64,000 nt of DNA, taken from positions 576,001 to 640,000 of the forward strand of contig JBFWJS010000001.1 in NCBI GenBank assembly GCA_050253075.1, in the 5' to 3' direction. A program made the translations under genes and the position numbers. The notes under the pieces were generated by a model that was not told where the DNA came from, ran no database searches, and saw only the letters and a list, made by a program, of their open reading frames with translations. Origin of the DNA: Deferribacterales bacterium. GTDB lineage: Bacteria; Chrysiogenota; Deferribacteres; Deferribacterales; Geovibrionaceae. Shown here in pieces: positions 1 to 10,255 of this stretch (positions are counted from its first letter, which is position 1; each line of letters opens with the position of its first letter).

Positions 1-34
1 GATCAAAAGCGTTATCGACACATCTCTCGGTCAG

Positions 35-1579
35 GTGAACCAGGTGGTGGCAAAGGTTGAGGGCTTCCTCTCTCTTTCCAGAACAAACCTGTTCAAAGCC
101 GACTTTATCAGCAAGCAGTGTACGACTGTACGCGGACATACCGACGAGATAGGCATAGAAGTGAATAAGGTAAAAACAGGCGCACAGCGCATCAGCGAGG
201 AATCAAGCAAGTCTATGGACCTCGTGAGCAGGCTGGCGTCTTCATCCGAGCAGAATGCAGCAGCATCCGAAGAGGTGAGTAAGTTCACCGCTGAGCAGTC
301 TAAGGCTTTCAGTGAACTGACCATCGCAGCACAGGAGCTGGCGGAGATGTCCGACGACCTTAAGCACTCCACAGACATAGCCAAATCATCCGAAGAGGTA
401 GCAGCAGCAGCCGAAGAGCTCTCCAGCACCATCGAAGAGCTTAACGCATCCGCAGACGAAGTTCTCAAAGCTATCGACCAGATGGACATAGGCACCACAG
501 AGATATTCGAGGAGATATCGGGGATCACTAAGGAATTCAAGATAATCTCCAAAGCGATAGAAGAAGGAAAGGCGAGCTGGAAGTATATGTTCGAGCTCGG
601 ACATAAAGTAGACGATGCTCTGGAGGAGATCAAAGCTCTCGACCACATCGTGTTCATCAACCAGCTTCAGGAATCTATAAACAACAACACTGAGTTCAAA
701 GGTCAGCTCGACCCTTCAAAATGTGCTTTCGGAGCATGGTATCAGACATACAAACCTGAGCCGGGCAAGGAAGAGAGAGCATACGACGACATCAGAGAGC
801 CGCACAACCACGTGCATCTCGGCGCCGCAGAGATAGTCGAGATGATGAGAGACGGCAAACTTCAGGACGCCAGAGAGATATACTCTAATAAAGTGAAGCC
901 TTCCGTTGATCAGTTCAAAGGACATTTCAGAGATTTCCGCCATGGTATAGAGCTTGTGGTTAAGGGCTTTGTCGGTTCGATAAACAACCTCCGCGAGGTT
1001 CATGAGGAAGTTTCACTCCTGAGCAAATCTTTCAGCAGTATCAGAAAGATCGTGGACACTATCACAAACGTCGCCATACAGACAAACATGCTGGCCGTTA
1101 ACGGTAATATCGAAGCCGCACGCTCGGGCGAATTCGGCAGAGGATTCTCCGTGGTGGCAGCAGACATCCGTGCGCTGGCGAACGAATCCGCAGATAACGC
1201 AGACAAGATGAAAGACATCCTCGACGAGATGTATGAGCGTGTTATCAACTTCCAGAACGAGCTGGCAGAGATAACAGCCCTTATCAGAGTGCAGATAGAG
1301 AAATCTCAGTCTGCCGTGGACAACCTCGTGAGCGTTGTCGTGATAAGAAAGCGTCTCGTAGAGCTCGCTAACAAGTGTGTGGACTATGTCGATGCCGGGG
1401 CCGAAAAAGTGGCTAAGGTAGAAGAGGCTTGTGCACAGGGACTCGAAGCCGGTGAAAACCTTAAGTCTCTCTCCGAGGAAGCTAAAACAGCGGCTGACGA
1501 GCAGGTTAAAGGACTTCAGGAGATAGCGGCAGCATCCGAAGAGGTTGCGTCTCTGGCTGATGAAATGCAGGTATTCTAA
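35..1579 (+). CDS. Methyl-accepting chemotaxis protein with internal CZB zinc-binding domain (probably 5'-truncated by window edge)
   Basis: MCP tip motif QTNMLAVNGNIEAARSGEFGRGFSVVA, methylation helices AAAAEELSS, CZB motifs DHIVF / CAFGAWY / HNHVH. The frame is open upstream of the GTG. Confidence 0.9.
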   Translation: MNQVVAKVEGFLSLSRTNLFKADFISKQCTTVRGHTDEIGIEVNKVKTGAQRISEESSKSMDLVSRLASSSEQNAAASEEVSKFTAEQSKAFSELTIAAQELAEMSDDLKHSTDIAKSSEEVAAAAEELSSTIEELNASADEVLKAIDQMDIGTTEIFEEISGITKEFKIISKAIEEGKASWKYMFELGHKVDDALEEIKALDHIVFINQLQESINNNTEFKGQLDPSKCAFGAWYQTYKPEPGKEERAYDDIREPHNHVHLGAAEIVEMMRDGKLQDAREIYSNKVKPSVDQFKGHFRDFRHGIELVVKGFVGSINNLREVHEEVSLLSKSFSSIRKIVDTITNVAIQTNMLAVNGNIEAARSGEFGRGFSVVAADIRALANESADNADKMKDILDEMYERVINFQNELAEITALIRVQIEKSQSAVDNLVSVVVIRKRLVELANKCVDYVDAGAEKVAKVEEACAQGLEAGENLKSLSEEAKTAADEQVKGLQEIAAASEEVASLADEMQVF

Positions 1580-1616
1580 GCAGTTCCTCCATATATAGGC
1601 AATGCAGGAGGATGCT

Positions 1617-3119
1617 ATGTCAGATAATACAATAGATAACATCTATGTCTCTTTCGATGTAGGTGAAGAGACATACGGGATAAGCATCGAGGATGTGCGT
1701 CAGATAATACGTGTGCCTAAGATAACCCGTGTGCCTAAAATGCCCGACTATGTGCTGGGGATGACAAACCTGCGGGGAGAAGTTCTGCCCCTGGTGGATC
1801 TGTCCATGCGCATGGGGTATGAGCACCCTTGTGAACACGGCGAAGACACCCGTGTCATCGTTGTGGATAAAAGAGGGATACTCACCGGGCTGATAGTGGA
1901 ATCCGTGAATGAAGTGAAGTCCACAGAACTGCACGACATAGATAAATTCCCCGAGATACTCAACGCCGGCGTTGATAAGAAGTTTATCTCGGGCATTCTG
2001 AAAGTGGCAGACGGCGGACATGTTGCCATCATTCAGATAATAAACACCGATGAGATAATCGACATCGAGGCTGCCAGCAAGCAGCTCGAAAAGAACGGTT
2101 CACTGGTAAAGAGAGAAAAGACGGCGGAAGAATCCCACGGCGGCGTGATAGACGAACAGCGCTTTATCAGCTTCAACATCACGTCTCAGGAATACGCCAT
2201 CGAGATACATAAGATAAACGAGATCATATGGATGCCTGAGGTGACAAGCGTTCCCGGACTTCCGAAATATGTTCTCGGCATCTTCTCCCTCAGGGGGCAG
2301 GTTATCCCGCTTTTGTCACTGCACGATAAATTCGGCATGAAGCTGAAGACCGACGCAGAGACCACCCGTGTGGTGATAGTGGATATCAGCAATGTGCTGG
2401 TAGCCTTTGCCGCCGACAGGGTGAACGCTGTGCTCAGTGTCGAAGACAGCCTGATAGAAGAACCGCCGAAGATATACGAAGACGACGATTCTGAAGTTTC
2501 TGCGGTGCTGAAGCTGGATAAAGGTAAAAGGCTCGTTATGGTGCTCGAACCGGAGCATCTGATAGACGACGCAGAGCTGGAAGCACTGAAACATGTGGCA
2601 GACCAGAGTACGGAGAGTGTAATGGGCGAACACGGCATGGATAATGCAGCAGAAGAAGAAAAACAGATAGTAACCTTTCAGATAGAGAACGAAAACTACG
2701 GTATCTATATCGAAAAGGTACAGGAAATAAACAGATATACAAATGTGACCAAAATACCTAAGACCCCGAAATTCGTCGAGGGCATCATAAACCTGCGTGG
2801 TGAAGTGATACCGCTCATCGACCTCCGCTCCAGATTCGAGCTGGAGAAGAAGGAGAGGGACGAATTCACCCGTGTGATCATAGTAAATCTTCAGAGCATG
2901 AAGGTCGGCTTTGTGGTGGACTGGGTGGACGAGGTTCTGCGCATCAGGGAAGACCAGATAGACAATGTGCCCCCTGTGTTAAGCGCAGCAGTGAATTCTG
3001 AGTTTATTGACGGTGTCGTTAATTTCGACAAAAACGGGAAGATGATACTTCTGCTTGATGTGGAAGAGCTCTTTTCCAAGGCGGAGATCAAAAAACTGGA
3101 GAATTTACAGGAAGGATGA
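1617..3119 (+). CDS. cheW: CheW protein with three tandem CheW domains
   Basis: Three repeats of VP..P.(Y/F)V.G..(N/S)LRG.V(I/L)PL. GGAGG RBS before ATG 1617. Confidence 0.92.
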   Translation: MSDNTIDNIYVSFDVGEETYGISIEDVRQIIRVPKITRVPKMPDYVLGMTNLRGEVLPLVDLSMRMGYEHPCEHGEDTRVIVVDKRGILTGLIVESVNEVKSTELHDIDKFPEILNAGVDKKFISGILKVADGGHVAIIQIINTDEIIDIEAASKQLEKNGSLVKREKTAEESHGGVIDEQRFISFNITSQEYAIEIHKINEIIWMPEVTSVPGLPKYVLGIFSLRGQVIPLLSLHDKFGMKLKTDAETTRVVIVDISNVLVAFAADRVNAVLSVEDSLIEEPPKIYEDDDSEVSAVLKLDKGKRLVMVLEPEHLIDDAELEALKHVADQSTESVMGEHGMDNAAEEEKQIVTFQIENENYGIYIEKVQEINRYTNVTKIPKTPKFVEGIINLRGEVIPLIDLRSRFELEKKERDEFTRVIIVNLQSMKVGFVVDWVDEVLRIREDQIDNVPPVLSAAVNSEFIDGVVNFDKNGKMILLLDVEELFSKAEIKKLENLQEG

Positions 3120-4186
3120 AAAAAGTAAGGGTTCTAATTGTCGACGACTCTGCGCTGATGCGTAAGAAGATCTCTGAGATGCTGGATACGGCTTTCGGCA
3201 TCGAGGTGATCGGCACTGCCAGAAACGGTGAGGACGGGATAAACAAAGCTATGGAGCTGAAGCCCGATGTCATCACTCTGGACGTGAACATGCCCGTTAT
3301 GGACGGGCTGACTGCTCTGCGCATCATCATCGAACGTGAGATATGCCCTGTTGTCATGCTCAGCTCTCTGACACAGGAGGGGACGAGTACTACATTCGAG
3401 GCGATGGAAGCAGGTGCTTTCGACTTTGTGGCGAAACCCAGCGGAACTGTCTCACGGGATATCGATATAGTTCGTAAAGAACTTGTGAGAAAAGTTAAAG
3501 CTGCTGCGGGCATGGGGCTCTCAAAGCTGACACGACACATCGAGGTAGAGGAACTGCCCGAGGGTGAGAGTGTCAACGAGATGGAGCTTAAACCTGTCGA
3601 TGCGGCAGATTTCCGAGCGGTGGCTATGGGTATATCAACAGGCGGTCCTAAGACCATCTTTGATGTCATACCCAGAATACCTGCGGATATAAACGCTGCG
3701 CTCTTCCTTGTACAGCATATGCCTGTGGGGTTTACCGAATCCTTCGCACAGAGGCTGAACAAGGCCTCAAGGATATTTGTGAAAGAGGCGGCAGCGGGCG
3801 ACATCGTGACACCCGGCGTCTGCTATGTGGGCAAGGCGGGGTATCACCTTACGATGTATAAAAAGCATAACGGAGTCACAACCCTGCGACTGGGCAAGAC
3901 TCCGGACCACGCATTCATCCCCAGTGCGGACATCATGATGGAGTCCGTCACAAAGGTCTTCGGCAGTAATACTCTCGGAGTGCTGATGACAGGGATGGGG
4001 GACGACGGTGCGAGGTCTATGTGCGGGATAAGAAAGGCGGGCGGATACACCATCGCCGAGTCTGAAGAGACAGCTATCGTTTACGGTATGCCGAGGGAAG
4101 CCGTGGAGAGAGGATGCGCAGACATCGTGCTCCCCAGCCATAAGATAGCCGCCGAGATAACCAGAAAGATAAGCAGAGGATGGTAA
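3116..4186 (+). CDS. cheB: Chemotaxis response regulator protein-glutamate methylesterase
   Basis: N-terminal REC domain, GISTGGP, QHMP and MTGMGDDGA motifs. Confidence 0.97.
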   Translation: MKKVRVLIVDDSALMRKKISEMLDTAFGIEVIGTARNGEDGINKAMELKPDVITLDVNMPVMDGLTALRIIIEREICPVVMLSSLTQEGTSTTFEAMEAGAFDFVAKPSGTVSRDIDIVRKELVRKVKAAAGMGLSKLTRHIEVEELPEGESVNEMELKPVDAADFRAVAMGISTGGPKTIFDVIPRIPADINAALFLVQHMPVGFTESFAQRLNKASRIFVKEAAAGDIVTPGVCYVGKAGYHLTMYKKHNGVTTLRLGKTPDHAFIPSADIMMESVTKVFGSNTLGVLMTGMGDDGARSMCGIRKAGGYTIAESEETAIVYGMPREAVERGCADIVLPSHKIAAEITRKISRGW

Positions 4187-4187
4187 G

Positions 4188-4487
4188 ATGGAAATAAAAG
4201 AGCTGAAGACAAAGGTCAAGGTCGGTTTTCCTGAAGAGTCTGAGATATTCATGGCTGAAGAATTCCTTGAAGAGCTGAGCAAGGTCAGCCTGAAGGAAAA
4301 GCCCGTTGAAATAGACTTTTCCGCTGTGCAGACCTTAGACACGGTTTTTTTCCAGCTTGCTGTCAGTATTATAAAAACGATAAACAGCAGTAATAATAAA
4401 ATCACCCTTAGATCTTCCGAGGCATTGGAAAATGCCGAGGCGCTTTACGGTATTAATCTGGGTGATCTGATTGGTGGAGGGAATTAA
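4188..4487 (+). CDS. STAS-domain protein
   Basis: IDFSAVQTLDTVFFQL STAS-like motif, 99 aa, within che operon. Confidence 0.7.
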   Translation: MEIKELKTKVKVGFPEESEIFMAEEFLEELSKVSLKEKPVEIDFSAVQTLDTVFFQLAVSIIKTINSSNNKITLRSSEALENAEALYGINLGDLIGGGN

Positions 4488-4852
4488 TGAAAAAAATCCT
4501 GATTGTCGATGATGCGATAACCATGAGACAGCTCGTGGCGGCTACGCTTAAATCTGCCGGATATGAAGTCGTCGATGCCAGAGACGGAGTGGACGCTCTT
4601 AAAAAACTGGAAGCAGAGGGGCGATTCAACCTGATAGTTTCCGACGTGAATATGCCTAATATGGACGGGATAACATTCCTTAAGGAAGTGAAGGCTAACC
4701 CTAAGCATAAATTTACCCCTGTGATAATGCTGACCACAGAGTCTCAGGCAAATATCAAAGAGGAAGGGAGAAAGGCCGGTGCGAAAGCATGGATCGTAAA
4801 GCCGTTTAAGCCGAACGACCTGCTGGCAGTGGTGAAGAAGATCATCGGCTGA
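4487..4852 (+). CDS. cheY: CheY-like response regulator
   Basis: ILIVDD, SDVNMPNMDG, MLTTES, VKPF motifs. Confidence 0.92.
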   Translation: MKKILIVDDAITMRQLVAATLKSAGYEVVDARDGVDALKKLEAEGRFNLIVSDVNMPNMDGITFLKEVKANPKHKFTPVIMLTTESQANIKEEGRKAGAKAWIVKPFKPNDLLAVVKKIIG

Positions 4853-4878
4853 TGATAGTAATTCCAAAGGAGTAGCAT

Positions 4879-5940
4879 GTGGAAAAGAGTGAGCTGCTGA
4901 AAGCATTGCAGAATGACGATGAAGCAGAACGTATATATGCAGTTGAAGATGTCATCGATCTGAAGGATAAGAGCCTTTATCCTGTCATTATCGACCACAT
5001 GGAAAAAGAAGAAAGCAGGCTCGTGCGTGAGCTCATCGTGGAAGGGCTGAAGGTTATGGATGTGTCGGACAGCTACGACGCCATCTCAAAATACTTCGAA
5101 TCCACAGATGCCTATGTCCGCAACTGTGCTATAGAGATATTCGGTGCGAAGGGTGAGGACGCCGTTGCATTCCTCACATCCATCATGGACAACGAAGACA
5201 AAGAGGTGCGGAAGCTCATTCTGGACAGTCTGGTCGCCACCAGCTCCAAATACTCCATACCCGCTCTCCGTGCTGCGCTGAATGATAAGGCGGCTAATGT
5301 TATGATCACCGCCATAGAATATCTGGGCAAGATATACGATGAGGAATCCCTGAGGGATGTGCTCGACATCTTTATCAGAGCGGATGAGCCGATGGTTCGC
5401 TCCGCATGCCTCGAGACACTGACACTGATGGGCAACTCCGACATAGTCGACACAGTGCTCAACACCCTCGGGCAGACAGGCGTGGAGGGTTTTTATAAAC
5501 CCAGCGTCATAAGGCTGGTGGGGGAAAAGGGCGGGAAACGCCATCTGGAATTTCTGCTCTCGTTTCTGAATAATAAGAACACAATGTATTTCCGTGAGGT
5601 TTCAAACGGGATACTTAAGATAGTCTCAAGAGAGAACATAGAACAGCTCGACGAGATACATACAAAATTCATGCTGAATAATTTAAAAAATCTGAACGGC
5701 TACGCAGAGGAAAGGCTCACATTCCTCTATATCATAGCAAAGCTGAACATACCTGATAAAGAAACCCTTTATGAGGAACTGGCGTCTGATGACAATGAAG
5801 ACCTTTCACTCACTGCCATAGAGCACCTTGCTGATATTGATAAAGACCGTGCCGTCAGACTTATTGAAAACAAGTTAAAGCTGGCTGAGGGGGAACACAG
5901 TAGAAATCTGTCCGCATTGCTGGATAGTATCAAGGAGTGA
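4879..5940 (+). CDS. HEAT-repeat protein
   Basis: Repeated D.D..VR..A/I helical motifs, adjacent to cheR. Confidence 0.8.
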   Translation: MEKSELLKALQNDDEAERIYAVEDVIDLKDKSLYPVIIDHMEKEESRLVRELIVEGLKVMDVSDSYDAISKYFESTDAYVRNCAIEIFGAKGEDAVAFLTSIMDNEDKEVRKLILDSLVATSSKYSIPALRAALNDKAANVMITAIEYLGKIYDEESLRDVLDIFIRADEPMVRSACLETLTLMGNSDIVDTVLNTLGQTGVEGFYKPSVIRLVGEKGGKRHLEFLLSFLNNKNTMYFREVSNGILKIVSRENIEQLDEIHTKFMLNNLKNLNGYAEERLTFLYIIAKLNIPDKETLYEELASDDNEDLSLTAIEHLADIDKDRAVRLIENKLKLAEGEHSRNLSALLDSIKE

Positions 5941-5950
5941 CAGGGAGTCT

Positions 5951-6778
5951 ATGCATATAAATTCAGATGATTTCAAGGATCTGACAGCTTTTATTTATAA
6001 GAAATCAGGCATCAAGTTTGAAGCCAAGAAGATGTACTTTATTAACAAACGGGTAGCGAAAAGATTAGAAGACCTCGGCATGGACAGTGTCAGAGACTAC
6101 ATGCGCTACCTGAAGTTTAAAGACGACGGATCGGAGATGCAGGAACTGATGAACCTGCTGACCGTGAATGAGACATACTTCTTCAGAGAGTTCCACACGC
6201 TGGAGACCTTCGCAGAGCACTGCCTGCAGGAGATAGTGGAGGAAAAACTGAAGAGGGGCGACAGAAAACTGCGGATATGGTCTGCGGGATGCTCCACCGG
6301 TGAAGAGCCGTACACCCTCGGCATAATAGTGAGGGAGATGCTCGACGATTTTGCCGACTGGGATGTGGAGATTGTCGCCAGCGACATAGACGAAAATGTA
6401 CTGGAAAAGGCACAGAGCGCCTGTTACGACGACAGAAGCGTGAAGGACGTGCCTAATGCGTATTACACAAGGTACTTCAATGTGGCAAGAGGATGCCACA
6501 TGCCCGTGGACGAGATACGCGATATGGTTACGTTCGAACACCTGAACCTTATGGACAGAATGGCCATGAGGAAAAAGCGTAACTTCGATTTTGTCTTTTG
6601 CAGGAATGTTTTGATATATTTTGACGAGATATCCAGAAAGCAGGTCGTAGACCATTTCTACATATCGCTGAACAAGGGGGGATACATTTTCCTGGGGCAC
6701 AGCGAGTCTGTAGGGCGCATCACGACAGCTTTCAAGATGAAGCGATTCGGTTCTAGTGTGGTATATTACAAGGGGTAA
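5951..6778 (+). CDS. cheR: Chemotaxis methyltransferase
   Basis: TVNETYFFRE, IWSAGCSTGEEPY, FCRNVLIYF, LGHSES motifs. Confidence 0.97.
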   Translation: MHINSDDFKDLTAFIYKKSGIKFEAKKMYFINKRVAKRLEDLGMDSVRDYMRYLKFKDDGSEMQELMNLLTVNETYFFREFHTLETFAEHCLQEIVEEKLKRGDRKLRIWSAGCSTGEEPYTLGIIVREMLDDFADWDVEIVASDIDENVLEKAQSACYDDRSVKDVPNAYYTRYFNVARGCHMPVDEIRDMVTFEHLNLMDRMAMRKKRNFDFVFCRNVLIYFDEISRKQVVDHFYISLNKGGYIFLGHSESVGRITTAFKMKRFGSSVVYYKG

Positions 6779-6783
6779 TCTGT

Positions 6784-7149
6784 ATGGCTATTAAGGTGCT
6801 AGTAATTGATGATTCAGATATGGTGAGGCACTTTCACAGTAATATTCTGAAATCTGCCGGTTTTGATGCGGACGGAGCGATAGACGGCATGGATGCGTTG
6901 GAAAAATCCATGAAGACCAACTATTCACTGATGCTCTGTGACCTGAACATGCCCAGAATGGACGGCATCACGTTTATAAAAGAATTCCGCAAGACAGGTA
7001 AGGAAACCCCTATCATTATCATTACCACACAGGAAGAGATCGAAAACAGAAGGAAAGGATATGAATCCGGCGCGAACCTTTATATCACAAAGCCGGTGAA
7101 ACCCGATGACCTTATAATGAATATAAAAATGCTTCTCGGCATAATTTAG
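6784..7149 (+). CDS. CheY-like response regulator
   Basis: VLVIDD, CDLNMPRMDG, ITKPV motifs. Confidence 0.9.
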   Translation: MAIKVLVIDDSDMVRHFHSNILKSAGFDADGAIDGMDALEKSMKTNYSLMLCDLNMPRMDGITFIKEFRKTGKETPIIIITTQEEIENRRKGYESGANLYITKPVKPDDLIMNIKMLLGII

Positions 7150-7165
7150 TGAGACGGAGTTTGCT

Positions 7166-10090
7166 ATGACCCAAATAGATATGGAACAATTCAGACTAGG
7201 GTTTTTAGAGGAAGCTACGGATCTCCTTGAGGAGGCCAATGAGAATATCCTCCGTGCCGAGTCGGAAGGCGACCTTGAGCTTTTTAACGCTGTTTTCAGA
7301 GGGATCCACACCATCAAAGGGAGTGCGGGCGGATTCGGCTTTGACGAGATGTCAGACTTTGCCCATCATCTGGAAACACTGCTGGACAAACTGCGCAATG
7401 GCGAGCTTACCATAGACGGCGACATCACAGACCTCCTGCTGAAAGGTATCGACACACTTTTCGAGATGGTGGACTACGTCAAAGATAAGAAAACATACGA
7501 CAAAGACCTCACAGAGCTAATAGCTCTTTATGAAAATAGAGCAGTAGAAGATGCCGAGGCCGCATCATCCGAAGAAGAAGGAGCCGAAGAAGCCCCCGCA
7601 GCAGACAGCAGGCTGAGGGTTTCCCCTGAGCTGACAGAAAAGCTGAAAAGCAGTCACCCGGGGTTCGGCAAGCCTTATAAGGTGGATGTAAAATTCACCG
7701 ATGAAATGCTCGAAAACGGTTACGACCCGCTCACCCTCTTTGCAAACCTGAGAGAGATATCAGACGTATTCATAGCCGAGACAGACATCTCCGCCATTCC
7801 TGCGTCTGAGTCCATCGAGCCGTATAAGCTGTATCTGCGCCCTGAAATATATATAATCAGCGACGCCACACATGCAGAGATAAACGACCTCGCATTCGAC
7901 GACGACATCATGACCGTCACCGAGATAAACTTAGACGCTGCCCCTGAAGAGGCTCCGAAAGCTGCTGCAAAAGCAGAGGAAAAACCTGTGCAAAGTGCAC
8001 CCGCACAGGCTCAGGAAGAGATAGACCTCACAGGGCTGGACACAGAGATGCTGTCCGAGCTGGCGACAGGCATCGAGGACTACTTCGAATCTATCGAAAA
8101 TTACCTTATAGAAATAGAAAAGACTGGCTCAGGCTCCCGTGATGCAGTGGATAACATCTTCAGAGTGTTCCACAATATCAAAGGGGACTGTGGATATGTG
8201 GGCTTTTCCTTTATGGAGAAATATGCTCACCTCGTTGAAAATATGCTGGATAAGGTGCGTGACGGCGTTGTCCAGTTTGATAATAAGGCGGCTGAGTTCA
8301 TTCTCAATGTTATCTCAGACGTGAAGTCACTGGTGGCGGCCATCCTGAACGGTGAGAAACCTCACCTGCCGAAGACATATAAAATGCTCACAGACCTCTC
8401 GGGCACAATGGTAGAGCACACAGAAGCTGTCCATGTGGTATCTGAGGATGTGAAGATATTCCTCGGACAGGTCGACCAGTTCATCGAGATGATAGAAATG
8501 GCGGAGAACTCACCCACGGGCAGACAGATACTGAAACGTGCTGCTGCCGGGCTGCGTAATGCTGCGAAGTTCATCGGATTTAAGGATCTTACAGACCTCG
8601 CCGTTGCATTTGAGGAAAAGGCCGTAAAGGGCGAAGACCACGGCGAAGTTCTTGCCAGTATCTCAAACTATATCTCTCAGCTGAAATCACCTCCGAAGAA
8701 GCTCGGCGAGCTCCTTGTGGAATCAGGCAAAGTGACCCCCGAAGAGATAGCCCATGCGAAATCTCAGCAGAAGAGAATCGGTGAGATACTCGTAGACCAG
8801 GGTAAGCTGAACAAGGACGACCTCGACGTAGTGCTGAAAAAGCAGAACATCATGAAAGCGGCGGAGAAATCACGCCCGCAGGATGACGACGAGCCTAGAG
8901 ACACAGCAGTATCAAAAGAGAAAATATCCCAGTCCATGAAAGTGGATCAGGAGAAGATAGATAAATTTACCAATACTATAGGCGAGCTCACAGTGGCCAA
9001 GAATGCCTATGAGTATATGGTGCAGAAGCTGATAAAGGATTATGACCTCCCGACCAGCCTCATAAAGGATATCAAGGACAACTCAAACCTGATATCAAGG
9101 ATATCTCAGGATTTGCAGAGGGATATACTTGCCCTTCGCATGGTTTCCATCAAGCAGGTTTTCAACAAATTCCCCCGTGTGGTCAGAGATATATCACGCA
9201 AACAGAATAAAGAGATCGACCTCCGCATCATCGGAGAAGACACAGAGATAGATAAAAAGATCGCAGATATACTCTCCGACCCGCTTGTGCATCTGGTGAG
9301 GAACGCATGTGACCACGGACTCGAGCCTGCATCCGAGAGGGAGACAGCGGGCAAGTACGGCACAGGCAGTCTCATACTTAAGGCATATAACGAAGGCAGC
9401 TTTGTTTATATCGAGGTTATCGACGACGGACGTGGCATAAACAGCGAGAAAGTATATAAGAAAGCGCTGAGCAAAGGAATGATTCCGGAGGATGCAAATC
9501 TTTCTGAAAAAGAGATAATCCAGTTCATTCTTGCTCCCGGCTTTTCCACTGCGGATAAAGTTACGGACATATCAGGCAGAGGCGTCGGCATGGATGTGGT
9601 GAAAAGCTCCATCATAAGTGTCGGCGGTACGATAGACGTTTCGTCCTCTCAGGGCGAGGGTACAAGGGTGACCATGAAGATACCCGTGACCATAGGCATG
9701 TCTACATCCCTGCTGGTGAATATGGGCGGAACCGATTTCTATGCATTCCCTATAGAGAATGTGGCAGAGACCATAATAGTAGACAAAGCCGAGGTGAAAG
9801 ACCTTCATTTCGGCAAAGGTATATATTACAGAGGCAATGTCCTCCCGCTTTTCCAACTGTCTAAGCTGTTGGGAGGAGAGGATAAAGAGCTGGATGATGA
9901 AGTAAGTATAGTAATTTCCGTTACAGATGCAGGCAAAACGGGTATCATTGTAGATGAACTGCTGAACAGGATGGATATCGCTATCAAGCCTGTGCCTGAG
10001 TATTTCGCACATCTGAACTACATCGGCGGTGTTACGATACTCGGCGACGGTCAGGCGGTTCTGGTGCTTAATGTGAATAAGTTATTTTAA
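7166..10090 (+). CDS. cheA: Chemotaxis histidine kinase CheA (two Hpt domains, MshEN-like insert)
   Basis: FRGIHTIKG and FRVFHNIKG Hpt motifs, HLVRNACDHG, DDGRG, SGRGVGMDVV, C-terminal CheW domain. Confidence 0.97.
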   Translation: MTQIDMEQFRLGFLEEATDLLEEANENILRAESEGDLELFNAVFRGIHTIKGSAGGFGFDEMSDFAHHLETLLDKLRNGELTIDGDITDLLLKGIDTLFEMVDYVKDKKTYDKDLTELIALYENRAVEDAEAASSEEEGAEEAPAADSRLRVSPELTEKLKSSHPGFGKPYKVDVKFTDEMLENGYDPLTLFANLREISDVFIAETDISAIPASESIEPYKLYLRPEIYIISDATHAEINDLAFDDDIMTVTEINLDAAPEEAPKAAAKAEEKPVQSAPAQAQEEIDLTGLDTEMLSELATGIEDYFESIENYLIEIEKTGSGSRDAVDNIFRVFHNIKGDCGYVGFSFMEKYAHLVENMLDKVRDGVVQFDNKAAEFILNVISDVKSLVAAILNGEKPHLPKTYKMLTDLSGTMVEHTEAVHVVSEDVKIFLGQVDQFIEMIEMAENSPTGRQILKRAAAGLRNAAKFIGFKDLTDLAVAFEEKAVKGEDHGEVLASISNYISQLKSPPKKLGELLVESGKVTPEEIAHAKSQQKRIGEILVDQGKLNKDDLDVVLKKQNIMKAAEKSRPQDDDEPRDTAVSKEKISQSMKVDQEKIDKFTNTIGELTVAKNAYEYMVQKLIKDYDLPTSLIKDIKDNSNLISRISQDLQRDILALRMVSIKQVFNKFPRVVRDISRKQNKEIDLRIIGEDTEIDKKIADILSDPLVHLVRNACDHGLEPASERETAGKYGTGSLILKAYNEGSFVYIEVIDDGRGINSEKVYKKALSKGMIPEDANLSEKEIIQFILAPGFSTADKVTDISGRGVGMDVVKSSIISVGGTIDVSSSQGEGTRVTMKIPVTIGMSTSLLVNMGGTDFYAFPIENVAETIIVDKAEVKDLHFGKGIYYRGNVLPLFQLSKLLGGEDKELDDEVSIVISVTDAGKTGIIVDELLNRMDIAIKPVPEYFAHLNYIGGVTILGDGQAVLVLNVNKLF

Positions 10091-10105
10091 CGGAGCGGGT
10101 GTGGT

Positions 10106-10128
10106 ATGAACGTATTTGTTATAGACGA
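10106..10128 (+). pseudogene. 5' fragment (MNVFVID..) of response regulator interrupted by prophage
   Basis: ATG at 10106 after cheA. Joins in frame to 43467 onward across the AGACGA duplication to give MNVFVIDDNELHLKMCK... Confidence 0.93.
10123..10128 (+). repeat. Left copy of 6-bp target site duplication AGACGA
   Basis: AGACGA immediately before the TG end. Identical to 43461-43466. Confidence 0.93.
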
Positions 10129-10177
10129 TGTCGAAGAGTACCATAATAAGAAGAGAAAACGTACTATAAACTTTTAC

Positions 10178-10212
10178 GGGATATGACGGGATAATGTGGG
10201 ATAAGATGGGAT
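10178..10212 (+). repeat. Four GGGAT repeats at exact 10-bp period near prophage left end
   Basis: GGGAT at 10178, 10188, 10198 and 10208. Confidence 0.85.
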
Positions 10213-10255
10213 TTCCAAACATATTGAAAGAATAAGAAGGAACTATTTAAATCTC

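Noticed and set aside
10178..10212. CRISPR-like array
   Set aside because: Units are only 10 bp with no spacers, and no cas genes are in the window.
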